A stretch of 63,961 bases of DNA, the filler included, from Thelocarpon superellum (taxonomy: Eukaryota), in NCBI GenBank assembly GCA_026025795.1. It is 3 parts of 3 records of this genome, joined end to end, with 100 filler letters (N's around TTAATTAATTAA, not from the genome) between each part and the next. Parts side by side here need not be neighbours in the genome. Positions count along the whole stretch, not along the records: positions 22,543 to 44,973 come from JAPEUG010000298.1; positions 45,074 to 63,961 come from JAPEUG010000355.1; 1 more part is not named here. One strand, written 5' to 3'. The position numbers were made by a program, and so were the translations under genes. The notes beneath the pieces are model-generated. The model saw nothing but the letters and a program-made list of their open reading frames with translations, was not told the origin of the DNA and made no database searches. This document shows, piece by piece, positions 37,131 to 49,158 of this stretch. Position 1 is the first letter of the stretch. Every line of letters starts with the position of its first letter.

Positions 37131-38918
37131 ATGTCCATTCACTCCATTATCAACACCTTGGTGCACTCCTTCTTTCCGCCGCTGATCTTCACCTTCCTGC
37201 CGACCTCCTCGACGTATCACCATGCGATCCCCCAATTCCACACCCAGCTCCCATGCACGATGGAGGACTTTACGCAAGCGGTCGAACGCTCCTTCAGCGC
37301 CTCCTTGACGAGAACCGCACTCGTGGACGTCGCCCAGAAACTAAAAGCCCAGTTTCGCGAACGGGTGACGGAGAGCGCGATCTGCATGTTACCCTCCTAC
37401 GCGCACGGCCTGCCCAGCGGCGATGAACGGGGCCGCTGTCTCGCCCTGGACGTGGGAGGCTCGACATTGCGAGTCGCCAAGGTCCAGCTCGTGGGCAGAC
37501 AATATCAAGATCGGGCGGGCCGCATCGAGCGAATGCTTTCTTTCGACATTGATTATCCCGTCAAGACGTTGGAAGGCACGGCATTTTTCGATTGGATGGC
37601 CGATCGGATAGCAGAAATGTTGGCGTTGGATGGCGTCGAGGAGGGTGGCGGCGATGCAACAATACCATTGGCAGTCGCCTGGTCGTTTCCGGTTCAAGAG
37701 ACCTCGTCAAGAGACGGGGCCGTACTGAGTATGGGCAAAGGTTTCTTTGCCAGTCGTGGCGTGATGGGCCAAGGTCTTCATGAGTTGATCGGTCAAGCTT
37801 GCGAGCGCCGGGTACGAAACCATCCTCCTTGGGTGAACTACGGAATGCTGACGGGTGATCAGCACCTCAATGTCCAAGTAGGTGCCATCGTGAACGACGC
37901 GTTAGCCTCGCTCTTGGCACAAGCCTACGTTGAAGATTCCCCGCGCCTCGCCATTCTTCTTGGAACGGGGCTCAACGCTGCCATTCAGCTCCCGGCCGAG
38001 ATGTTTGAGAGTGAGCCGCAGGAGACACGCCCGCGACCCAAGGAGCGTCGAGACCGCGTGACAGTGAACGCAGAGTTGAGCATGTTCGGCAAGGACATCT
38101 TCCCAACGACGCGATGGGATGATGATTTGAATCGTGGCAACGACCTCCCGGACTACCAACCCTTTGAACAGCTGGTAGGAGGACGATACCTGGGAGAAAT
38201 ACTTCGCCTGGTCGTCGTGGAGGCCATGCACTCGACGGATGTCTTTGCTGGAAATGACACTGAAGGCATTCGTCGGCCATATTCACTGAGCACAGCGACC
38301 ATGGCCGTGATTGAATCGTGAGTTTGATTCCGAGGCTTTTGATGCTACGGATCAGAGCTAACGGAGATTAGGGATACCTCTTCATCGCTTGACATGGCGC
38401 GCGCCGCCCTCCAACACACCTATCCAGACCTTCGCATCTCCATCAAAGACCTCCGTTTCCTCCAACAAATCAGCAATGCCATCTCCCACCGAGCGGCAGG
38501 ATACCTAGCAGCTGGCATCCACGCCCTGTCACGATTTACGATCGAGGCCGAGAGTTCCACCTCGCCATCTCCCCCCTCGCCATCTTCCCCAACCACGTCA
38601 CCACCTTCACGCGTCCAGGTCAGCTGCACGGGCTCGGTGATTGAGAAATACCCGCGCCTGCTGCAGCGAAGTCAAGAATACCTCGATATGCTGCATGACG
38701 ATCCGATGGCGGACTCATCTCCGCGTCCCTCCCTCTCGCCCCCGCGTCTTGTGCTCGAAGTGACAGCCCATTCGGCCATCTTCGGGGCAGCCGTGGCGGG
38801 GGTATGCCAATCTTCGCAATCTTCCAGCCTTCCTTCTGATTCACGCCCCCCTTCCAATCCACGATCTCGTGAGTTGGAGAAGCGACGGAGCGAGGAGATG
38901 TGGCACAGGGACATGTGA
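37131..38918 (+). CDS. hxk3: Hexokinase-family GlcNAc kinase (HXK3-like), 3 exons (introns 37812-37862, 38318-38371); alternative start 37260
   Basis: MLPSY, ALDVGGSTLRV, WSFPV, MGKGF, IVND, LGTGLNAA, NAELSMFG, QPFEQLVGGRY, GSVIEKYP, IFGAAVA; it lies within the GlcNAc cluster. Confidence 0.85.
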
Positions 38919-39130
38919 CGAACGATACCGATTTATGATTCATGACCTGCATGTTCTCTACTCGTGTGCTTCACACAAGTACTACCTGAGAAGAAATGAT
39001 AAGAGCATGATTTTGCAAGAAAATGATAAATTTCTCGGAATAAAATAATGACACAAACTCAATCAAAGGGTCGTCCCTCATACTCTACCTTCTACGACAT
39101 CTTTATTCGCTCAGCTTAACCTCATAATAT

Positions 39131-40802
39131 TCACCCCGGTGTATACGCCTGCACATCTCCGCGTCCGTCTCTCTTCTCACGCGTATCCACCTCCGCCGCG
39201 GCGGCAGGCAAGGGGAGAACGTCCTCGGCGCGCTCGTCGCTGAATTTCAGATCGAGCGTCAAATCCACACTATCGTGTACGCGAGCCCACACGACCGGCG
39301 CAGCAATCAGTAAAGACGCGCCTAGCAGCGCCCACGTCGACGCGAATATGTTCATGTATGGTGCGTTCAGCGCGTCGATCCGGTAGACCACCGCCTGTCC
39401 TGCGGACTGGATTCCCTTGTAGAATGCGGCAAAGTGGGCGGTTTTGCGCGCGTTGTTGGTTAGAGCCCCGATGTACCTGGTTCTTGTCAGCATGGTACGA
39501 AGTGACTGCGGTGGCGTAGAGGAGAGGGGGGAGAGGGGAAGATACCAATATGTGCACGTCTGCCATGCGGCATCGTAGAAGCCATAGAACATGTACAGGA
39601 ACATCGGACCAACGTATCCGTCCTCCGTCCAGTCGATCTTGCTCCCGATCTTGGGCGTGGCGTCGTTGCGCGTATAGCCCCTCTGCCACACGTATCCGCC
39701 GCCCCAGATGGCCATGGTGATGACGAAGAGCACGACCAGCGCCACTTTGGCTCGCACGGTGCGTCGCACGCGGCTGATGTCGAGCGCGTATCCGAAGACG
39801 TACGCCCCTGCGATCTGCGACAGCCAGTAAAGCAGGCTGTTCAAGGCGCGCGTGCGGATGTTGAATCTCGCCAGGTTGACGTCGTTGAATTGATATGTGT
39901 AGAACCAGTTGGAGGCGAAGAACATTGGGAAGAGGAGCACCAGGTAGGTGTCGGATCGCATCACTTCCCACAGCCCGTAGATCTCGCTCCACCACGTTGG
40001 GTGCTGCATCACGATGACGTGCGAGCCGTCGCTGCGCAGGATGTGCTTCGAATCTACCAATAGCCAGGCCAACACCGCACCGATGAACATCAGCACGATG
40101 AAGGCAATGTAGGTTCCGTCATTGACCGAGTTGCTCGTCGAGTGGATGTTTTGTGCCAGAGGAATCTGTTGTCGTTAGCTACGCACGTAGGTGATGGTGA
40201 GGGGGAGTGACCAGACTCCCGATCACGGCGCCCGAGTTGAAGATCATCCAGAACCACGAGATGTATCTTCCTTTGGAGCCCTCGGGCGGGTATGACATCA
40301 TGATGGCACCCTGGGCGCACCACAGGAGACCGGCGCAGAGGCCCAGGAAGGCCCCGGCAAAGATCAAGAAGCCGGCATTGGCCGTGTGATTGTAGCAGAG
40401 AAGCGCCGAGCCGTAGACACAATACCCAAGTCCACCAATTGACAACGTCAGCTTCAGCCCCAGCCGATTGGCAAAGGTCCCCGCGAAGAAGCCGACGACG
40501 GAGAAGGTGCTGTAGACGGCCACTTGGGCATTGTTGTTGTCCGTGGCATTGATCTGGCCGCCGCCGCCGAGTCCGTTCAAGGCATTGTACATGCCTGGGC
40601 ACAAGAAGCATACGGCCGCCACCATGAACAGCTGCACAGGCGGTGACGCATACCACGGCAGTTGCAATGGTCCGAGCTTAATCGATCGATGCATCCACGT
40701 GGGCGCAGAAGAGCCTCCTTTTCCGGCCTCATCGTCGTATTGAGGAACAGTTTCGGCTCCGGGCTCAACCGCGCCAGAATCCATCTTCTCCCGGGTCGCC
40801 AT
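39131..40802 (-). CDS. ngt1: UNC93/DUF895-type MFS transporter, probable GlcNAc transporter (NGT1/NOPE1-like), 3 exons: 40802-40212, 40165-39546, 39476-39131
   Basis: VCFLCPGMYNALNGLGGGG, LLWCAQGAIMMSYP, WMIFNSGAVIG, FPMFFASNWFYTYQFN, RTRALN, FYKGIQSAG; many TM segments. The substrate is inferred from family and context. Confidence 0.8.
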
Positions 40803-42930
40803 GCCGATGTCGCTGGGGGGAAGCACGTCAACGCGTCGACCGGGAACGTCAAGGTGGGATAACAGTCAACGCCGAGGCCGAGGCGGACGATGTGACGGTG
40901 TGCGGGGCATCCAGGACTTTTGACGGAGCGGCCAGCAGTCCGCGGATTGCTGATTCACCCCCGACTCATACCCCAGGAGCTGGAGGGGGCGACGGCAAGT
41001 CCGCATGGCCCGGTAGGGTCTAGCAATGAGCTGCCGTGAGACCACGCGACGGTGTATCTAGACCGGCACTATGACCGGTTGCATCAAAGAGAAGCATCTG
41101 CGGTGGTTAGTCAGTAGCTTTTTGTACGGAGGGGCGCCGACCATTCCTACGAGCATGTTACTCTTACAAGCTGGCCAACGTGACTGGAGACGATTCAATC
41201 GGAGCGCCCCCCACGTAACATTACATCCGACCGGAACAACCCACGCGCACTTCCATCCCATGGCTTCGAACCTCCCCGACCCCAAGTAGCTGCACGCTGT
41301 ATTATTCTCCGTTCAGTGAAACGATGGCCTTCACGTCGGTCGCTTGAAACACGGATTGCCTACGAATATGGTTTCCGGCGCTCTGATGTCAGCCGCGATG
41401 TGACGTCGTACTCGTACTACCCGTCCTTGCCGCCGGACGTAAGAAACGCCACCGCTAGAAGTGCCACCCCCCCACACGTCTACCTCCTCACTTGCACTGC
41501 CGCGTTGCATCTGGTGGCAACCTCTGCGGGCTATTGTGGGGTCTTCGTATCGTCTGACGCACGGCCCGAGTCGCCCTGCAAACGATGGCTTGTCATGCGC
41601 CACTGTAAACTCACGCAACGCGCGCAAACCTTTACCATTCACTGCCGTACGGGTGGGTCACGGCGGTGGATGGTGAGCAACACGTACAAACATCTATGAG
41701 ACCTGCTCCTCGCCTCGCCCTATCTCACCTAGAGCACGCTGCTTTTGCCGGATGTGCTGGACGAGAAGCGCGATCTCTCGCGTGACTCGTAGCTAGGAGC
41801 GTAGTCCCTGCCAATCGTCTTCCTACCGTCCTCATTCCTCTGCGAGGCTACGAAGAGTGACCAAGGAAGAGCGCAAGGCGCAGGCGAATAGTCTCGGTGT
41901 AACAGGGTGAGCTTCTGATGACGAATCCGCGGGAGGGAGGAGAACGATGCTCCGCATGAAAGATTGTCAGCCCTCCGAACAAGAAGCTACAGTGCATACT
42001 TCCCCTCCCTCGTCTTGAGCATCGACCCCCTGCGCCCGATGAGGCACACAAAGAATAATTCAACTGTGCAGATCTTAGGATACGTAGAGCTTGCCCTTAC
42101 GTGGTCAATTGGGGTGTGGTGCTCCAACAGGTATCGCAGCACAGCGCGGCAGAGGTCGTGCCTCCATGGGTGGAGACGCACGGTGGGGGCTGAAGGGGAT
42201 CGTCGCTAGAGCGTCGCAAAGGTCGATGATATCCGGAGCTAAGCGGGGGGCCGGCAAACGAGTATTATGTCTCAAACAGTCGAACGCAGCATAGAGAGTA
42301 CAGCGAGCACTTCCAATCGTACCCTGCTGCTACCGAGTAACATACAAGTTTCATGGTATGGCACTGCCAGGTCTAGTGGTGGTGGACGCCTGCTAGAACT
42401 CCGGGATGACCTGGCGGGGCGACGTGATAGCTCGTCTTGCAAACCACCCAATAACCCTAAGCAGCATTGCTTGTCGGGGCAAAATGGAGAATCCCAACCG
42501 CAGACTCTGTCGAGCAGTGAGCAAGAAGTTGAGTGACACCGCCACGTGAGCATATCTTGATATCTTACACAGCGTCATACACTCGAAAGCTTGTTCGCGC
42601 ACGACAGGCGACGATACCCGCTCGACAAAGCCGATGATCGTCCGAGACCAACTTTGTTAGATGGATACCCATCCACAACTTGGACGCACGGGCACCTTTA
42701 GATACAGGGGTGGGTCGACAGGCATATGTAAAGAGTGGTTGATGTGCAAGCAACACGGGTGGGAAGAGTGGTTGATTGGAGGTGGACAATCGCGCTACCG
42801 GCCAGTTGGGGTTGTGTCTGCATAAAGATGTGACAGCTAAGTGGAACGGTGCCGAAGTGCGCTAGGTGATTGGAAGAGATAAGGGGCGGCAGCGGCCTGA
42901 CTCGCTCCGAATCTCTCTAGCTGCCACCAC

Positions 42931-43020
42931 GTGCCGTGCGATGCTGTTGACGATGCCGTGTGCAATGCCGTCTTCAATGCCGTGTGCAATGCCGCCTGCA
43001 ATGCCGCCTGCAGTGCTGTC
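42931..43020. repeat. Degenerate 12-bp minisatellite (ATGCCGNNTGCA-like, ~7 copies)
   Basis: atgccgtgtgca atgccgtcttca atgccgtgtgca atgccgcctgca atgccgcctgca. Confidence 0.8.
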
Positions 43021-43151
43021 GTCGGCATATATCAGTGAACACGCACAAAGTCGACATATACCCTCGATAGGACTTCTACATGGCACGACCCACCTGTCGA
43101 TGAGCGGCAGTCGCTCTTCCTCCTTCGACGATACTTGTTCGGTCAGAGACC

Positions 43152-44763
43152 ATGTCGTCGTTCACCCTGACTGAGGGCTCTCCTGCGGAGATCAGCGCCA
43201 ACTTCAAATATCAGCTCTCACATCTGTCAGAGAATCACAAATGGCAGCTCGTGGCGCTCAACGTGGCGATGCTGGTCTTGAGCACCGTTTCAGTCGTCCT
43301 GCGTCTCTGGGCCCGGCGCCTGGTGCAGGTGCGCATGGGCTGGGACGATTGGCTCATTCTCATATCGCTTGTAAGAAGCGCCGGTGCCCCGTGCTTCGCC
43401 TCCAGATTTCTGCTGAACATGGGCCACAGTTCCTCGCATACGGTCTTTCGTCCACGATGTTTATGGGTAAGTGAAGCCCCTCCCCACTGCCCGAAAACGA
43501 TGCCATGGCTGATTGCGTGCGCGACTCGAACAGCGACCCATTTTGGCGTTGGCACGCACCTTTTGGCCAACAGTTACTCGGATCTGTTGATGGTCTTCAA
43601 GGTCTGCCACCGCTCCGGCAGTCAAGTCGCTACACCAGACTGACTCTTGCATTGCCAGGCGCTGTACTCATTCTTGATCATCTACGGCCTCGAGATCGCC
43701 CTTGTCAAAATCTCCATCCTTCTCTTCTATCTGCGCATTTTTCCAGCCCGGAAATTCCGTCGGCTTTGTATCGGCTTCATCGTCTTCACCGTGGGATCTG
43801 CCATGTCCATCGTTCTGGTCGCCATCTTCCAATGCGATCCAATCTCGGAGTACTGGACACGAAACAACTCAGGAACCTGCATCAACCCCTACAAATGGCT
43901 GATGGCCGAAGGCGGAATAACCCTCTTTATCAACGCATCCCTACTGATCTTACCCATTCCTTTGGTCTGGAGACTGCAGCTGAAGCTGCCGCAGAAACTG
44001 GGCGTTTTAGGATTTTTCTGCGCGGGTAGTCTGTGCGTCCATACCGGGTGCCTTCCTCATGCGATGAACAGGATGTTGACTGACGGACGTTGCAGGGTCT
44101 GTATTGCCAGCATCGTCCGAATCCCGTATATCTCTCATATGTTCACGGTCGATCCAATTTGTAAGTCCACTCTCCACTGGAGACCCCTTTCTTTGCTGAC
44201 TCTAGGTAGTCACGGGCGTTGTCACAGCCCAATGGTCGGTGGTTGAGGCCAATATGGGCATCATTTGTGCCTGTCTGCCGGTCCTACGGCCCGTTTTCTT
44301 CCAGAGCAGCCTTAAATCCAATCAGGCACGAGTCGCGCAGTGGCAGTCATCGATTTCGAAGGTAGAGCGAGGCTCGCAAGCCTCCTTCAGTCAAGGCTTC
44401 TCCACCCAGGCCTTGATAGCCGAGCGTGAGGCGACGGGCCAAGAGATCATCACACGCGCCTATCAGCATCTTGGGGTCAGCCCGGACGACTCCTGGTTCG
44501 AACACATTCGCGCCCTTCGAGAAATCGGTATCGCGAGTATCGCTTCCAATGGCCGAGGGCGCGAAGATCAGGCTCCGGCGATGGGGATGACTCATCTGAA
44601 TCAGTTTGAGGGGATGAGTCAGTCAACCCACTTTGAAAGGGAGATCAAGCAAAACGGGACGGCGTACGACGCGAGCGAGGAGGGAGAAATACGGACCGGG
44701 GTTGGAAATTCCGGAAGCTATGTCTTTACTGATCACAGCAACACCTGTCAGCCGCCCGCGTGA
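43152..44763 (+). CDS. Pth11-like (fungal rhodopsin-family) integral membrane protein without CFEM, ~6 exons
   Basis: VVLRLWAR..MGWDDWLI, GVGTH, VKISILLFYLRIF, IFQCDPI..W, LPIPLVWRLQL..QKLGV, ASIVRI, WSVVEANMGIICACLP; introns at about 43371-43429, 43467-43533, 43602-43658, 44033-44096, 44161-44208. Confidence 0.88.
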
Positions 44764-44973
44764 GCGGCGAGTGACATTGTCAAGGGAAATGAGGTGGCGG
44801 GTGGTTTCAAGGCGAACAGGGAATTTCGTGGCGCTTGCCGGTGTCAGAGGGGGACGACGAGAAGCGCCTCCAACCTCGCTCAGATGTAAAGGTAGCGAAA
44901 GTAACGACCAAGGCGTTTCTGGACGTGTCTATCAGCATATCGGTCTAATTACATCAGGCTGTGAAGCACATGA

Positions 44974-45073
44974 NNNNNNNNNNNNNNNNNNNNNNNNNNN
45001 NNNNNNNNNNNNNNNNNTTAATTAATTAANNNNNNNNNNNNNNNNNNNNNNNNNNNNNNNNNNNNNNNNNNNN
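44974..45073. other. Artificial contig linker N44-TTAATTAATTAA-N44
   Basis: Identical to the first linker. Confidence 0.97.
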
Positions 45074-45091
45074 GAGCTTAGTCGGCACGAG

Positions 45092-45101
45092 CCGACATCG
45101 G
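45092..45101. promoter_or_regulatory. Leu3/LeuB-type binding site CCG-N4-CGG (CCGACATCGG)
   Basis: Matches the consensus about 125 nt upstream of the LEU2 ATG. Confidence 0.55.
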
Positions 45102-45225
45102 AGAAACTGGGCCGGGGCCCCACTAGGCCGCCAAGGGTTCTATCCCGGAGCCCCTCCAAGCATAACATTCCCGCCAGAAGCTTGTCACCCTCAACAGCTT
45201 CTCCCCACCAACGTCCAGCCCCGCC

Positions 45226-46797
45226 ATGGCGGTGTATAACATTGTGGTCTTTGCAGGAGATCACTGCGGACCTGAGGTAGGTTATGGATGGGCAGATGCA
45301 GCGATTTCAAAAATTGAGCGTGTTCGCTGACGTTGCGGGATGGACAAGGTCATCACAGAAGCGTTGAAGGTAGGTACCTACCTTTGCCTTGGCACACAGA
45401 GCACGAGTGAGCACTCGAGCTATGTCTGCGTTGGGTCTGCTCTACTCTGCTCTACTTGCACGCATCCATGCAGTCTGACGAGTCGAGGCGAAGCGACTGA
45501 GAGATGGAGTAGATATTACGAGTCGTGGAAGATGCACGGGAACACATCACGTTCAATTGCCAGGAGCATCTGTTAGGAGGGGTGAGTTGTATCCACCCCC
45601 CGCATGCCCGCGTCGTTCGATGGGAGAAGCAGAACGATAGCTGACACGATGCTTTCATTCCCGTCACAGGCATCCATTGACGCCACGGGGTCCCCGTTGA
45701 CGGACGACGCTCTCCAAGCGGCCGAAAAGGCCGATGCGGTCCTCCTCGGAGCGATTGGCGGACCAGTAAGGCAACCAGTCTTTCCGCGAGTCCCACTCTC
45801 GCCTCCCTCTACCACCGCCGACTCACTGACACCTACCGTGTCCGTGGTCAGAAATGGGGCACGGGCGTGGTCCGACCGGAACAAGGACTCCTCAAGCTGC
45901 GCAAGTCGCTGGACGCATTCGGCAACCTGCGGCCGTGCAACTTCGCGTCGGAGAAGCTGGTGGCCAACTCGCCGCTCAAAGCGGAGGTGTGCCGCGGGGT
46001 GGACCTCACCTTCGTGCGCGAGCTGACGGGCGGGATCTACTTCGGCGCGCGCAAGGAGGACGACGACGGGACGGGCGAGGCGTGGGACACGGAGCCCTAT
46101 TCGCGGCGCGAGATCGAGCGCGTCACGCGCCTCTCGGCCCACCTGGCCCTGCAGCACCAGCCGCCGCTGGCGGTGTGGAGCCTCGACAAGGCCAACGTCC
46201 TCGCCACCTCGCGCCTGTGGCGCAAGGTCGTGACGGAGGTGATGCAGCGCGACTTTCCCAGCCTGACCCTCGGACACCACCTGGTTGATTCCGCCGCCAT
46301 GCTGCTCGTCAAGAACCCGCGCGCTCTGAACGGCGTCGTCGTCACCAGTAATCTCTTTGGAGACATTCTGAGCGACGAGGCGAGCGTCATCCCTGGCAGT
46401 CTGGGCCTGCTGCCGAGTGCAAGTCTGAGCGGCATTCCCGACGGCAAGGCAAAGGTGAATGGTATCTATGAGCCTATCCATGGTGCGTGTGTCCCGTGGT
46501 GTTCATCATCATCCGTGATGTCAGATTCCAACTCGGCTGTTTATTTATTTACCCGCAGGCTCGGCACCGGACATATCAGGCCAGGGAATCGTGAACCCCA
46601 TCGCCGCCATCCTGTCCGTGGCCATGCTGCTGCGCTTCTCGCTCAATCTGCCGACCGAGTCGGCCGCCGTGGAGGACGCGGTCAGGAGGACCATCGACAG
46701 CGGCGTCGGCACCAAAGACATCGGCGGCGTTCAGACCACTTCACAGGTCGGGGACGCGGTAGTGCGAGAGTTGAGGGCCGTTCTGGCTGGGAAATAG
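45226..46797 (+). CDS. leu2: 3-isopropylmalate dehydrogenase, 6 exons: 45226-45276, 45349-45369, 45513-45581, 45670-45765, 45852-46482, 46559-46797
   Basis: [82 protein letters not shown]. Confidence 0.96.
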
Positions 46798-46946
46798 GGG
46801 CAGTATTCGGCGAGGAGAATGAGAGGGAGAGAAGGATTAGATGGCTCTGCTTGCTCCCTTGGTATAATTCTCTGCATCATCACATTGCCATACGGTTCGT
46901 TCAGTCGCGGATCCTCCTGACAAAATCCCACACTTGAGCACAAACG

Positions 46947-49158
46947 TTACCAATTGCCCACACCGCCCGAACGCGCCACACTACCCACCCCATCTCCCAC
47001 AGGACAGTTCGGCACGCCGTCCTGCCACGCCAGCTTGGCATAAGCAGGCAGATAAGAATTCGTGGTAAAGGACGGTGGGAGATAATACGAGGAGTCGGCG
47101 AGAGAGAAGTTGCCGCCTAGCGAGTTCAGCGCACTGACTACGTTCGGTGCGATGAAGTCGAGGAAGATTAGGTCGACGCTGCCGGGAGGGCCGCCGGATG
47201 AGGAAATGGAAGTGGAATTGGGAAAGGAGGCGTTGGCTTGGAGATTGTTCGGCACGTCATAGTCCGGGATCGCACTATGGATCGTGTCGTCGCCGTCGGT
47301 GCCGAAATCGTCCGTCGTCGTGTACCCTGGCGTTCGGTCTGTGGATTCGCGACGCTTGGGGCGCGCCGTGCCGAAGGAGCGTGCGCGAAGTCCCTCGTGG
47401 GTCATGTTTGGATCCCGACAGAGATCTGGTAGACTTGGGCTCATGTAGATCTCATGGGCCGAGTCGTGGATGTGGCGTGCGTGCAAGCTCGGGTCACGCT
47501 TCTCATATGGACCGCGGTTCAAGATCCCCAGGACCTGCTATTGACGGGTCAGCAATGAAGACGCAGGTCGGGTCGGTGACGGTCTTACGGCGGCGTGAGA
47601 ATAAGACACGTTGGGCAAGAACTGAAATCCATCGGTAAACGGGCTGACGATAAAGGAGTCGTCGTAGGTAAAAGGCCCCTTGACCAGATCGAAGCGTACA
47701 CTTCCCGTGTTGACGATGATCAAACGTGGCATGGACGCTCGTGACGCATTGATCACTGTCGCTGCCAACGCCTTTTCGAGCAGCGAGAAGATACTTCCAG
47801 GTGCGCCAAATGGCTCACACGAGAGGCAGTACGTGTCTGGCGCACAGCCATACAGCGTAGAAAGATTCAACGCCAGGCGATCGGCCGTGATATCGCCAGT
47901 CACGTTCACCCCGCTGGGGATATCAAAGTCTTGGCTGCCGGAGGCATGATATTCAAAAGTCCGCCGGTTCCAGTCAAGATAGCGGCGAGAATAGAGTAAT
48001 GAAGAGGGGTTCTGGCTGTGCGGGGCCGCGGAGGGAGCGGGACTTGATATGGTCGAGATGGTCGAGACGGTCGAGCTGCTGGAACCGACAACTCTCGCCG
48101 GCTGTGAAGGGTTGGGCACGCCATAGGGCTCGGTCTTGCCGGTATACGTCGAGGAATTGATGCCACTGATCGACACCCAGCCTAGGGTCTCGCAATATCG
48201 GCCTGAGAATTGGACTTAGCCGGCGTCTGCAGGAACACTCAAAGCTCCTACCAGACTCAATCCCCGTCGTCTTGTCGTCAAAGACTACAAAATCTCGCAC
48301 ATGCGTGTGCCCGCCGAAGATTTGAATGGGGACGTCGGGTCTTAGCCCTCGAATCGTCTGGAAGATGGTCTCAAAAGTACTGCCACTGTCGCCAGACCGG
48401 GCCGGATTGTGTCCTAGGACGACAAAGACGTCGATCGGCGCAGGGTAATTGATGGCTCTCAGAAACCAGTCCTGCTTCACGAGGTCCGCCGCATGGGTGA
48501 TGCGCGAGACGTTGCTGTTGCCGGTGAAATCATAAAGGACACCAAACGACATGATCCGAAGACCATGGGCTGTGGTAAAATATCGATACTGCTGTCCGAT
48601 GTATTCATAATGGCCCGAGGCAGGGTTGAGGATCTGCACGTTGCTGGTCAGGTATCGGTCTCCGTAGACCTTGCTGAAGTTGCTAAAGGTCTCGTAGGCA
48701 ATCTCGGTGACGTAAAGCTCGTGATTGCCGATGGTGAGCAGATCGTAGTCCACGTTCTCAAAGATGACGTTGGACATGACGCCGTTGGGCGTGGTAGCAT
48801 CGCTCAAGCCGGCACCATCGTGCAGGTCCCCCGTATCGACGAGCAAGAGATCTACCCCGTACTGGCTGGCCATCTGCTTCATATGTCGACTGAAGCTAAC
48901 AAAGTCCCCCCAGTCGGCCCCGTAATTGGGCTCCTTCAGGTGTCCTTCGAGCCAGCCGTGCGTGTCGGTCGTGTGGAGGAAGTTGAGCTGGCCCCACGCC
49001 AATGGTCCGCGGGGCTGAGAAGTGGCCGGCTGAGCACCCGGCTGCATACGCCGGACACTGCGCGTGGGAAAGACCTCTTTCCGAGGCCCATAACAGTCAT
49101 CGCAGGCCAGCGTGGGCACGACGGCCAGAAGCCAGGGAATGAACTTCTCGAAACGCAT
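46947..49158 (-). CDS. Secreted/vacuolar calcineurin-like metallophosphoesterase (5'-nucleotidase, YHR202W-like), 3 exons (introns 48251-48203, 47588-47538)
   Basis: Signal peptide; HTTDTHGWLEGH, DTGDLHDG, IGNHELY, GGHTH, ESGRYCETLGW, NTGSVRFDL, DDFGTDGDDTIH. Confidence 0.88.

Noticed and set aside
42452..42460. TAACCCTAA, identical to the Pezizomycotina telomerase RNA template, in an intergenic spacer
   Set aside because: A single 9-mer is plausible by chance in 64 kb. Only about 700 nt remain before the next gene, whereas these RNAs usually extend well over 1 kb past the template. No pseudoknot or CR4/5 was recognised. A covariance-model search would settle it.
40803..43151. CRCAAA (Ndt80 MSE-like) hexamers upstream of ngt1
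   Set aside because: Few and imperfect, with no evident enrichment across the four cluster promoters.
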